Part shown: in pieces, positions 47,661-56,528 of the stretch | How positions within the stretch are numbered: the stretch's first letter is position 1 | Layout of the letters: the number at the start of each line of letters is the position of its first letter | Origin: Thermoproteota archaeon | Lineage (GTDB): Archaea; Thermoproteota; Thermoprotei; Gearchaeales; Gearchaeaceae | Assembly (NCBI GenBank): GCA_032249235.1 | Contig: JAVVGF010000001.1 | Location: 32,001-96,000, forward strand | Reading direction: 5' to 3' | Length of the DNA: 64,000 nucleotides | Made by a program: the position numbers and the translations under genes | Notes under the pieces: generated by a model | What the model saw: only the letters and a program-made list of their open reading frames with translations | Databases searched by the model: none | Told to the model about the DNA's origin: nothing

Positions 47661-48008
47661 ATGCCTGAATTCAAGGTCGTCGTTTCAAATCCTAAAGATG
47701 GATCTTCAAAAACTATTGAAGTCAAAGATCCGCAGGCAAGAGCATTGATAGGTCTAAAAATCGGAGATGTTTTTGATGGGATGATAATTGGCTTAAAAGG
47801 TGTGAAGCTGAAGATAACAGGAGGTTCAGATAGATCTGGTTTTCCAATGCTTCCTGGAATACCTGGCTCTGTTAAGAAAAGCATAATACTAAGTAGAGGA
47901 ATAGGTATGAAATCAAAAAAATATACAAGAAAGAGGAAAACAGTAAGAGGGAATACAATAAGCGAGGATACTGCCCTCATAAATACCGTTATTGTTGAAC
48001 AGACATAA
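47661..48008 (+). CDS. rps6e: 30S ribosomal protein S6e
   Basis: LKITGGSDRSGFPM, RKRKTVRGNTI. Confidence 0.96.
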   Translation: MPEFKVVVSNPKDGSSKTIEVKDPQARALIGLKIGDVFDGMIIGLKGVKLKITGGSDRSGFPMLPGIPGSVKKSIILSRGIGMKSKKYTRKRKTVRGNTISEDTALINTVIVEQT

Positions 48009-48057
48009 TAGCTCAATCCTTTGTTTTAATAAAAGAAATTCTGGTCCTTACAGAAAT

Positions 48058-48086
48058 GAAAGCGCTGTCCTTTAGGGCGGAGGTCA
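48058..48086 (+). mobile_element. IS200/IS605-like end hairpin remnant
   Basis: GAAAGCGCTGTCC-TTTA-GGGCGGAGGTCA, a GC-rich island in AT-rich intergenic DNA resembling archaeal IS605/tnpB right ends; no transposase nearby. Confidence 0.5.
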
Positions 48087-48169
48087 GATTAAGCAATTTA
48101 AACGACTTGAATAAGCTGTTTCTATAATTTTAGTTTAGTTTTAAATTCTTGTTAATTAGATTAAGAAAT

Positions 48170-49426
48170 GTGTTTGAAGAACTCGGTCAGCCTAAAATTA
48201 ATATTGGAACATTAGGTCATGTAGATCATGGAAAAACTACATTAGTTCATTCTTTAACAGGCGTTTGGACATCAAAATATTCTGAAGAAATAAGAAGAGG
48301 TATGACAATAAAATTAGGATATGCAACTGCTGTTATAATGAAGTGTCCTCGTTGCTTACCTCCAGATAGTTACCAAACTTATGCTTTATCTAATAACGGA
48401 AAATGTATTCATTGTGGTTCAGATTTGATACCTATAAGGAAGGTTTCATTCGTTGATTGTCCAGGTCATGATATGTTAATTGCTACAATGCTATCTGGTG
48501 CTGCTGTAATGGATGCTGCTGTGTTAGTCATCGATGCTACTGTTCCATGCCCTCAACCTCAAACAAGAGAACATTTAAAAGCTATGGAAATCATAGGTCT
48601 TAAAAACATTATAATAGTTCAAAATAAGCTCGATGTCGTAACTAAAGAAAGAGCAATGGAAAATTATAAAGAAATAAAAGACATGATCGCTTCTACATTT
48701 CTTGCAGATATAAATCCGCCTGTTATTCCTGTTTCAGCTCTTCATAAAGCAAATTTAGATTTATTGATTGAAGGCTTTGAGACATATTTCCACACACCTG
48801 TCAAAGATGAAACTTCGAATCCTTTAGTATATGTAGTGAGATCTTTTGATGTAAACAAACCAGGAACAAAATATAATGAGATAAGAGGAGGCGTGATAGG
48901 AGGTTCAATAATAAAAGGAAAGTTGAAAGTAGGAGACGAAATCGAAATAAAACCTGGATTCAGAGTTAAAAAAGAAGGTAAAATAGTCTATGTTCCTCTC
49001 ACAACAAAAGTAGTAAATCTAAAAAGTGATGATTTGAATTTAAAAGAAGCAGTAGCAGGTGGTTTAATAGGTATTGAAACAGAGCTTGATCCATCGATTG
49101 CAAAAGGAGATCAATTAGTAGGTAATGTTGTAGGATTGGTAGGAAAAACACCCCCAGTATGGAATTCTTTAAGAATAAATTACACACTTTTTGATGTAGT
49201 AGTAGGTATTAAAGAGCCAATAAAAGTCGAGCCTATAAAACCTAAAGAAGAACTTGTTTTGAACGTAGGGCCTGCAAGAACAATAGGCATTGTAACTTCT
49301 GTTAAAAATGATTCTTTAACGATTAATTTATCTATACCAGTATGTGCTGAATTGAAAACGAAAGTAGCGATAAGCAGGAAAATAGCTGGTAAATGGAGAT
49401 TAGTAGGTTATGGTGAAATCATATGA
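48170..49426 (+). CDS. eif2g: translation initiation factor aIF-2 gamma
   Basis: NIGTLGHVDHGKT, RGMTIKLGYA, DCPGH, QNKLD, WRLVGYG; GTG at 48170 preferred. Confidence 0.97.
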   Translation: MFEELGQPKINIGTLGHVDHGKTTLVHSLTGVWTSKYSEEIRRGMTIKLGYATAVIMKCPRCLPPDSYQTYALSNNGKCIHCGSDLIPIRKVSFVDCPGHDMLIATMLSGAAVMDAAVLVIDATVPCPQPQTREHLKAMEIIGLKNIIIVQNKLDVVTKERAMENYKEIKDMIASTFLADINPPVIPVSALHKANLDLLIEGFETYFHTPVKDETSNPLVYVVRSFDVNKPGTKYNEIRGGVIGGSIIKGKLKVGDEIEIKPGFRVKKEGKIVYVPLTTKVVNLKSDDLNLKEAVAGGLIGIETELDPSIAKGDQLVGNVVGLVGKTPPVWNSLRINYTLFDVVVGIKEPIKVEPIKPKEELVLNVGPARTIGIVTSVKNDSLTINLSIPVCAELKTKVAISRKIAGKWRLVGYGEII

Positions 49427-49800
49427 GATATTTTTTCTTAGATACGAGTTTCATACTATCTTTAATTGAAAAAGGAAAAGACCTGGTTAATTTGAGTCAA
49501 GATTATTTAAATGAATTACTTATCCCTGCTACTTCACTTTCTGTAATAAAAGAGTTAGAAAATCTATCTAAGAATAAAAGTTATGAAAGGAAGGTTAATT
49601 TAGCTAAGCAAATAATTTCAAAATACAAAATATTCGAAGATGATTCCCAAAACGCCGATGAGAGCCTATTAGAGCTTTGCAAAAAGTATAATGGAATTCT
49701 TGCTACTGCAGATATTGAACTTCTAAACAGAGCACTGGAAAAGGGTATAGCTGTGATGTTTTTAAAACATGGAAGAAAGCTTGTTTATTTTGAGAGTTAA
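49423..49800 (+). CDS. PIN-domain protein (Fcf1/Utp24-like)
   Basis: LDTSF, VIKELE, ADE, LATAD; usual position after eif2g. Confidence 0.85.
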   Translation: MRYFFLDTSFILSLIEKGKDLVNLSQDYLNELLIPATSLSVIKELENLSKNKSYERKVNLAKQIISKYKIFEDDSQNADESLLELCKKYNGILATADIELLNRALEKGIAVMFLKHGRKLVYFES

Positions 49801-49818
49801 TTATTTAAACAAATACTC

Positions 49819-49853
49819 TTTAAATATTAACTCACTAAACTGAAGTGAGTTAA
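49819..49853 (+). promoter_or_regulatory. TATA box plus perfect 10-bp inverted repeat upstream of rpo7
   Basis: TTTAAATA (49819-26), then TTAACTCACT-AAACTGA-AGTGAGTTAA (49827-53). Confidence 0.55.
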
Positions 49854-49854
49854 G

Positions 49855-50418
49855 TTGTTCAGGATAGTTAATGCAAAGGCTACTATAGCCATACCTGCAA
49901 ATTCGCTTAGACCTAAAATAGATCTAGACAAATTGCTTTTAGATTTAGCTAGAGAAGAATATGAAGATCGATATATTGAAGGCATAGGATATGTAATTGC
50001 AGTTACATCTGCTAAATCTCCTAGATTTGCTACAGTATTTCCGAGATCAGGTAATTTATATACTGAAGCAGAAATGGAAATGCTTGTTTGGTATCCATTG
50101 CTTAAAGAAGTAATCTATGCAGAAGTTGTAGATGTTAGAGAATTCGGAGTATTTTTACAAATAGGTCCAATTGAAGGATTGGTGCATATTTCACAAGTAT
50201 TGGATGACTTCGTTAGCTATGATAAAAGAGGAGCAAGAATATTGGCTAAGAAAACTAAGAGGATTTTGAATAAATTTGATGACGTAAGAGCTAGAATAAT
50301 ATCTGTAAGTTCAGGTCAATCTGAATCTTTTAAGCTTGCCTTTACGATGAGACAGCCTTTCTTAGGTAAACTTGAATGGATAAAAGAAGATTTGGAAAAA
50401 ATAGCTAAAAAGAAGTGA
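49855..50418 (+). CDS. rpoE1: RNA polymerase subunit Rpo7 (RpoE')
   Basis: EFGVFLQIGPIEGLVHISQV S1 domain, TMRQPFLGKLEWI. Confidence 0.96.
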   Translation: MFRIVNAKATIAIPANSLRPKIDLDKLLLDLAREEYEDRYIEGIGYVIAVTSAKSPRFATVFPRSGNLYTEAEMEMLVWYPLLKEVIYAEVVDVREFGVFLQIGPIEGLVHISQVLDDFVSYDKRGARILAKKTKRILNKFDDVRARIISVSSGQSESFKLAFTMRQPFLGKLEWIKEDLEKIAKKK

Positions 50419-50419
50419 C

Positions 50420-50629
50420 ATGGTGAGAAAAGCAAGCTATGGCTACAAAGCATGTATTTCTTGCAAGATGTTAGTAGATAAGAAAGAAAAAATCTGCCCT
50501 AATTGTGGAAGTAAAGATTTCTCTGATGAATGGAGTGGAATGATAATAATATTTAATGTCAAAGAATCTCAACTTGCTTCAATCTTAAATATCAAGAAAG
50601 AAGGTATGTATGCAATCAAAGTCAGATAA
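50420..50629 (+). CDS. spt4: transcription elongation factor Spt4 (RpoE'')
   Basis: KACISC..CPNCGS..SDEWSG..YAIKVR. Confidence 0.95.
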   Translation: MVRKASYGYKACISCKMLVDKKEKICPNCGSKDFSDEWSGMIIIFNVKESQLASILNIKKEGMYAIKVR

Positions 50630-51185
50630 ATTATTATTTTTAAAGAAAGCTAAGAAAGAAAGACTTTTTTATTTAAGATCCAATGCTAAATTTAAGTCCT
50701 TAAGAAAAAAATTGAAAAAAACTCTAGGTATGCTAATACCTTTAGAACATCCTTATTCTACAGATTATTTGAAGGAATTAATTTCTTTTCTTAATCCTTC
50801 CCAAATAATAACAGTAGGTGATAAGATAACTTTCTTAGCTATCGAAAGAGGAATAAAGCCTGATCTTGCTATTATTGACAATAAAGTTGAGAGGGAAGAT
50901 TTTATCTTCGAAGCTAGAAAATATTTTAAAAAGATTATTGAAACAGAAAATCCTCCAGGAATGATAACTAATGAAGCCTATGAAAAGATAAAAATTGCAA
51001 TAAAAGATACTGGGAATTTAATAGAAGTTAAAGGTGAAGAAGATCTACTGACTTTGTTAGCTATTAAGGAGAGCAAAATCAATGCACTTGTAATATACGG
51101 AGTGCCTAATTTGGGCATTTCGGTCGTTTATTGCACAAAATATAAAAAGGATTATGTCGATAAGATATTCTTAAGAGGAAGATAA
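50610..51185 (+). CDS. DUF359 GTP-dependent dephospho-CoA kinase family
   Basis: ITVGD, IIDNKVER, NPPG, VKGEEDLL, YGVPN; start codon uncertain. Confidence 0.88.
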   Translation: MQSKSDKLLFLKKAKKERLFYLRSNAKFKSLRKKLKKTLGMLIPLEHPYSTDYLKELISFLNPSQIITVGDKITFLAIERGIKPDLAIIDNKVEREDFIFEARKYFKKIIETENPPGMITNEAYEKIKIAIKDTGNLIEVKGEEDLLTLLAIKESKINALVIYGVPNLGISVVYCTKYKKDYVDKIFLRGR

Positions 51186-51186
51186 A

Positions 51187-51552
51187 ATGTCAATAAGCAA
51201 CATGAATATACTATTCCAATTTCAAAACCCCTATTTAAATAGGACAGAATATTTTCTTGAATTAAATCTTTCAGAAAAGAAGATTTTAATGAGGAATGAA
51301 TTGAGAGAGATATTATCAAAACAATTCAATAAACCTCCTGAACTGATTATAATTAGAAGAATTAGATATGAATATGGTGGCTTACGTGCATATGCAGATG
51401 TTAGGGTTTATGAGGATAAAGAAAGTTTGAATATTGAACCCAAGCATATAATCTTAAGACATTTAAGTAAAGAAGAGAGATCAAAGATAATAGAAGAGAT
51501 GAAGAAAAAGAGATTAGAAGCTAAAAAAGCTAAAGAGGTATCTAAGAAATGA
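51187..51552 (+). CDS. rps24e: 30S ribosomal protein S24e
   Basis: [22 protein letters not shown]; synteny. Confidence 0.88.
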   Translation: MSISNMNILFQFQNPYLNRTEYFLELNLSEKKILMRNELREILSKQFNKPPELIIIRRIRYEYGGLRAYADVRVYEDKESLNIEPKHIILRHLSKEERSKIIEEMKKKRLEAKKAKEVSKK

Positions 51553-51716
51553 GCGTTATACATAAACTTTACGATATTGATTATTCTACAGGTAAAGTAA
51601 AGAGGAAAAATAAAAAATGTCCTAGATGCAACGTATTCATGGCAAGACATAATAATCCTCCTAGATGGGCTTGTGGTAAGTGCGGCTATACAGAGTTCAT
51701 TCCAGTTAAGAAATAA
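51549..51716 (+). CDS. rps27ae: 30S ribosomal protein S27ae (absent from ORF track, 55 aa)
   Basis: Manual translation [55 protein letters not shown]. Confidence 0.95.
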   Translation: MSVIHKLYDIDYSTGKVKRKNKKCPRCNVFMARHNNPPRWACGKCGYTEFIPVKK

Positions 51717-52702
51717 TGAATATTTTGGGCATAGAGAGCACTGCGCATACAATTGGTGCTTCAGTAGTCAATGAAGAAGGAATAATATCCAATGTAAATT
51801 CTGTTTACATCCCTCCTAAAGGAAAAGGAATACATCCTAGAGAAGCTGCTATACATCATAGCGAAGAAGGTCCAAGAGTAATAAAGGAAGCTTTAGAAAA
51901 AGCAGGCCTGAAGATAAATGATATCGATGCGATAGCGATTAGCTTAGGTCCAGGTTTAGGCCCTTGCTTAAGAACAGGAGCAACTTTAGCTCGTTTTTTA
52001 TCTCTGAAATTTAATAAAGATCTAGTACCGGTAAATCATGCAATTGCCCATATAGAAATAGCTAGATATTTATGCAAAAAAGAAGATCCTTTAGTTGTTT
52101 ATATTGCAGGCGGAAATACAATAATTTCTACATTTGTAGAAGGAAGATATAGAATATTCGGAGAGACTCAAGATATTGCACTAGGTAATGCTATTGATTA
52201 TTTCGGAAGGATTATAGGTGTAGAATATCCAGAGCTAATAAATGTTGAAAAGCTAGCTATGAAAGGAGAGAAAATTCTTGAGCTTCCATTACCTGTTAAA
52301 GGGCAAGATGTATCATATTCTGGCTTGTTGACTGCTGCTTTGAAATTGATAAAAGAAGGATACAAAATTGAAGATGTTTGTTTAAGCTTTATTGAACATG
52401 CTTATGCTGCACTTTGTGAATCTGTTGAAAGAGCACTAGCATATACTGGCAAGAAATCTATTGTTTTAACAGGAGGAACGGCAAGATCCTTGATATTGAA
52501 AGAAAAATTAAAACTTGTAGCGAGTGAACATAATGCAGATTTTTCAGTCGTTCCTTCAGAATATGCAGGAGATAATGGTGCAATGATTGCTTATACTGGT
52601 TATTTAGCATATAAATCAGGTGTTAAAATTAAAGTTGAAGAAAGTTTTGTGAAACCATTTTGGAGGATAGATGAAGTCGATATACCTTGGCGTTCAAGCT
52701 AG
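51716..52702 (+). CDS. kae1: KEOPS t6A synthase Kae1
   Basis: LGIESTAHT, GPGLGPCL, VNHAIAHIE, GETQDIALGN, DNGAMIA. Confidence 0.97.
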   Translation: MNILGIESTAHTIGASVVNEEGIISNVNSVYIPPKGKGIHPREAAIHHSEEGPRVIKEALEKAGLKINDIDAIAISLGPGLGPCLRTGATLARFLSLKFNKDLVPVNHAIAHIEIARYLCKKEDPLVVYIAGGNTIISTFVEGRYRIFGETQDIALGNAIDYFGRIIGVEYPELINVEKLAMKGEKILELPLPVKGQDVSYSGLLTAALKLIKEGYKIEDVCLSFIEHAYAALCESVERALAYTGKKSIVLTGGTARSLILKEKLKLVASEHNADFSVVPSEYAGDNGAMIAYTGYLAYKSGVKIKVEESFVKPFWRIDEVDIPWRSS

Positions 52703-53343
52703 ATTATTTAATAAAGAAAGGAGCTGAAGCTGAAATTTGGAAAGGTAAATGGTTTAGTATCAATTCTGTTTATAAGATTAGAAAAAGCAAGCCTTGGAGG
52801 CATCCTTTACTTGATAAATTAATTCTAGAGAAAAGAACGATTAAAGAAGCGAGGATAATGTATCATGCTTTTGAAAATAATATAGATGTTCCCTTCATCT
52901 ATGACGTAAACATATCGAAGAATACAATAGTTATGGAATTTGTCGAGGGAATAACTTTGAAAGAACTGATGGAAGCGAAGGATTCAAGAATCTTTATTTT
53001 ATGTGAAAAGTTAGGAAAGCTTGTTGCAAATCTTCATGAGGCATCGATAGTTCATGGTGATTTAACACCTTCGAATGTCATATTAAGGAATGAAGGTGGT
53101 CTTTGCATACTAGATTTTGGCCTTGCAAATTTCAGCAATAGGATAGAAGATATGGGAGTAGATTTGCATTTATTTCTTCGGTCTTTAGAAAGTAGCTTCA
53201 GTTCTTTAACTCATGAATGTTTTCAAAGTTTCATAAAAGGATATAGTCATTTTAAGCATTATAATGAAGTTTTAGAAAAAGTCAAAGAAATTAGAAGAAG
53301 AGGTAGGTATGTTTTGGAAAGGAGAATTTCAAGAAAGATTTGA
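52687..53343 (+). CDS. bud32: KEOPS kinase Bud32
   Basis: KGAEA, HGDLTPSN, DFGL, RRRGRY. Confidence 0.95.
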   Translation: MAFKLDYLIKKGAEAEIWKGKWFSINSVYKIRKSKPWRHPLLDKLILEKRTIKEARIMYHAFENNIDVPFIYDVNISKNTIVMEFVEGITLKELMEAKDSRIFILCEKLGKLVANLHEASIVHGDLTPSNVILRNEGGLCILDFGLANFSNRIEDMGVDLHLFLRSLESSFSSLTHECFQSFIKGYSHFKHYNEVLEKVKEIRRRGRYVLERRISRKI

Positions 53344-53883
53344 ATACCATTCTGCAAACTTACTCACCGCTTTGCTTCTATGTGAAATTTCATTCTTTTC
53401 TTCAACACTCATTTCACCGTATGTTTTGAAATGATTTTGTGGTATGAATATTGGATCGAAACCCCATCCTAAGCCTTTAATGTTTTCAGAAATTTTTCCT
53501 TCTACTTCACCTGTGAATATTTTTTCTATAATTTGATCTTTATAAGCGATTACTGTTTTAAATGTAGCCTTTCTATTCTTTTCATCTTTCATTAATTTAA
53601 TTATTCCTTCATTTCCTATCGTTTTATAAGCATATGAAGTATAAGGACCTGGAAATCCTTTTAAAGCTTCGATGAATAATCCTGAATCTTCGATTATAAG
53701 TGGTTTTTTTAAAATTTGAAAAGCTTGTCTTGCGCAATATAAAGCGATTTCTTCTAGATCATCTGCTTGAATTTCATAAATATCTAAATCAAATGCTTCT
53801 AGTTCAATATCATATTTTTTAAGAATTAAGCTGATTTCTCTTATCTTGTTTTCATTGCCTGAAATTAGCGTGATCCTTTTCAT
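53329..53883 (-). CDS. XTP/dITP diphosphatase (Ham1 family)
   Basis: SGNENK, EDSGL, GFPGPY, GFDPIF, SHRSKA. Confidence 0.95.
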   Translation of the reverse strand: MKRITLISGNENKIREISLILKKYDIELEAFDLDIYEIQADDLEEIALYCARQAFQILKKPLIIEDSGLFIEALKGFPGPYTSYAYKTIGNEGIIKLMKDEKNRKATFKTVIAYKDQIIEKIFTGEVEGKISENIKGLGWGFDPIFIPQNHFKTYGEMSVEEKNEISHRSKAVSKFAEWYSNLS

Positions 53884-53916
53884 AAGTTTATTAATAAGAC
53901 CATATCTATTTCAACT

Positions 53917-54357
53917 ATGCGAAGAGGTAGGGAAAAAGGAAAATCTCATTCGACAAGGCCTTCATCTAGAGATGAAGCTTTAATCGCTGAATTAGATACT
54001 GAAAATATTAAAAATAGAATTATAGAGCTAGCAAAAAAAGGAATTCCTCCTTCAAAAATAGGAATTATCTTAAGAGATGAAGAAGGAGTTCCTTTAGTAA
54101 AGCATGTTTTCGGTAAAAAGTTGGTTCAACTCTTAAAAGAATGGGGTCTTGCACCACAAATACCTGAAGACTTGCAAAATTTGATCAATAGAGCTAATAA
54201 TGTAATTGAGCATTTAAAAGAACATCCTAAAGATTATAGAGCTAAAAGAGGTCTTGAAGAAATAATATCTAAGATCAATAGACTTGCTAAGTATTATAAA
54301 AGAGAAGGAATATTACCTCCAAATTGGGAACACGGTCTTAAAATTCCAAAAACATAA
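53917..54357 (+). CDS. rps15: 30S ribosomal protein S15 (uS15/S13e)
   Basis: GKSHSTRP, IGIILRD, PEDLQNL, SKINRLAKYYK. Confidence 0.97.
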   Translation: MRRGREKGKSHSTRPSSRDEALIAELDTENIKNRIIELAKKGIPPSKIGIILRDEEGVPLVKHVFGKKLVQLLKEWGLAPQIPEDLQNLINRANNVIEHLKEHPKDYRAKRGLEEIISKINRLAKYYKREGILPPNWEHGLKIPKT

Positions 54358-55694
54358 TGCTAAATGAGATAAATTCAAAATTTGAAAACATATCGAGTTT
54401 TTTCGAAGAAGATTTTCTTCCATTTTTAATAGTAGCGCATTATGATGCAGATGGCTTGATATCTTCTTCTATTTTAGCTAAATTATTATTCAACGAAAAA
54501 ATTCCCTTTGTTTTAAGGATATCTGAAAATCTAAAACCGAATGAATTGCTCGAATCTGCTTTTTCTAAAATAATAATTCTAGACTTTCAGTTAAAAGAAG
54601 ATTTAGCAAAGATAGGTGAGGAAAAAAGGATTTTAGTAATAGATCATCATCCAATTAAAGGAGATAAAGAAAAAGTGAACTTGATCCATCCTTCAATTTT
54701 TGGATATGAGAATGAATTCGATGCATGTAGCTCTACTCTTTCTTATTTATTAGCAAAGCATTTCGATGATTCATTCATTGATTTAGCTCCTTTTGTAATT
54801 TGTGGAATGCTTGAAGATAGACATGATAGAGAAGAGAAAAGAAGCTTTAGAGGTTTGAATAAAATAGTTTTAGATGAAGCTGAAGAGGCTGGATTGATAA
54901 ATAAAAAAGAAGGATTGATTAGTTATTGTGAATTCAATGAACCTTTATACAAAGTAGTTTCTTTAATGTTCGATCCATTTATGCCAAATATCTTTTCATC
55001 CAAAGAAAGGACAATAGATTTTCTTAAAGCTTGTGGAATTAGCGAATCTTTAATTAATAAGAATTTCGAAGAATTGAATGAAAAAGATCATGCAGAGATA
55101 TCTCAAAAAATCGCAATTAAGCTCTTAAATGAAGGATTTAAAGCTGCCAAAGTTGAGCGAATTTTTGGTATGAATTATGAATTGCTCGTATATAGCAAAT
55201 CGAAAAATTTACGATTAATAGGTAAATCAATAGATTATTTAGCGAGATCTTTGAATTATGAAGGTTTCATCGAAGCTCTATTTAATGATAAGCTATATAG
55301 ATTCAACTTCAACCAGTATTTTGATGAATGTGTTTCTTTTATTTCTAAGATATTTTTACCTTTATTTCAAGAAAAAAGAATTAAAGAATACAAAAAATTC
55401 GTTCTTCTCAAATTTGAAGGAAAAATCGATAGATTTGTTGGATTGTTCGCAAATTTGATATCTGCTTCAAATATAACAAAACGTGTAGTTGCTGTTTCTT
55501 CTGAATTCAGCAAAGATGAATATAAAATATCTTTCAGGGCTGAAGAAGGATCTAAATATGATTTGGGCTCGATTGTTTCGAACATTGCGAAAAATTATCA
55601 AGGATCTGGAGGTGGCCATAGTTCTGCGGCAGGCGCAATAATTCCTAAAGATTATCTTGAAGATTTTTTAGAAGAGTTCGATAATGCCTTATAA
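54357..55694 (+). CDS. DHH phosphoesterase, RecJ/GAN-like
   Basis: HYDADG, ILD, IDHH, C-terminal SFR..GGGH..AAG (DHHA1). Confidence 0.88.
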   Translation: MLNEINSKFENISSFFEEDFLPFLIVAHYDADGLISSSILAKLLFNEKIPFVLRISENLKPNELLESAFSKIIILDFQLKEDLAKIGEEKRILVIDHHPIKGDKEKVNLIHPSIFGYENEFDACSSTLSYLLAKHFDDSFIDLAPFVICGMLEDRHDREEKRSFRGLNKIVLDEAEEAGLINKKEGLISYCEFNEPLYKVVSLMFDPFMPNIFSSKERTIDFLKACGISESLINKNFEELNEKDHAEISQKIAIKLLNEGFKAAKVERIFGMNYELLVYSKSKNLRLIGKSIDYLARSLNYEGFIEALFNDKLYRFNFNQYFDECVSFISKIFLPLFQEKRIKEYKKFVLLKFEGKIDRFVGLFANLISASNITKRVVAVSSEFSKDEYKISFRAEEGSKYDLGSIVSNIAKNYQGSGGGHSSAAGAIIPKDYLEDFLEEFDNAL

Positions 55695-55917
55695 GACAAG
55701 AATATTGCTAAAGATATCCTTCGACTCAATAAATACAGCAAGCAATGTATTATCTTCTTTAAGTCCAGATAATTTGAATATTCCTCAAGATCTTTACTTA
55801 AATTTCTTTCAGGAAGGAAACGAATTAATAATAGAAGCTAGAAGTGAAAACATAAAAAGATTGAGATCTACATTAGAAGAAATTTTAGTTTTGATTTCTT
55901 CTTTAGAAAAACTTTAA
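55684..55917 (+). CDS. Pcc1 paralog (Pcc2-like KEOPS subunit)
   Basis: SLSPDN...RLRSTLEEIL; conserved position between the DHH gene and rps3ae. Confidence 0.78.
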   Translation: MPYKTRILLKISFDSINTASNVLSSLSPDNLNIPQDLYLNFFQEGNELIIEARSENIKRLRSTLEEILVLISSLEKL

Positions 55918-55943
55918 ATTGAATTCAATAATTAAGAAAGATT

Positions 55944-56528
55944 ATGAGTACTAAAGCTGTCAAGAAGGCACCGCCAAAAATCTTCAATGTCCATGTAGAT
56001 GGTGTTTTCAAAGATAAAATCGCAGGTCAAATTTTGGGAAGAGAGCCAAGCCATATTTTGAAAAGAACTGTAGAAACCACTCTTGCTGAACTTTTCGAAG
56101 ATTACACGAATTTATATTACCAATATGTTAAGTTAAAATTCCAGATCATCAAAGTAGATGGTACAGAAGCTTATGCAAAGTTCAAAGGTTATGAGCTTAC
56201 TAGAGACTATGTGAGGAGTTTAATAAGAGTAGGTACTTCAGCAGTATATGCTATTTATGATGTTGATACAACAGATAACATAAAATGCAGAATACAAACC
56301 CTTGCAATTACTGCTAAACGTGTTTCTCATTCAAAAGAAAGTTTGATAAGAAAATGCATTTGGAAAGTTTGTGAAGAAAAGCTATCTAATTTAAGCTTAG
56401 ATGATCTAGTTCAATATGTTTGCTTAGGTAAGCTTTCTGCAGATATTTTGATAGAAGCAAAGAAAATTTATCCACTTAAAAAAGTTGAAGTTATTAAAAT
56501 TAAAGTATTAACGCCCTATCTTATTTAG
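55944..56528 (+). CDS. rps3ae: 30S ribosomal protein S3Ae (eS1)
   Basis: RTVETTL, GYELTRDYVRSLIR, KKIYPLKKVEV. Confidence 0.93.
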   Translation: MSTKAVKKAPPKIFNVHVDGVFKDKIAGQILGREPSHILKRTVETTLAELFEDYTNLYYQYVKLKFQIIKVDGTEAYAKFKGYELTRDYVRSLIRVGTSAVYAIYDVDTTDNIKCRIQTLAITAKRVSHSKESLIRKCIWKVCEEKLSNLSLDDLVQYVCLGKLSADILIEAKKIYPLKKVEVIKIKVLTPYLI

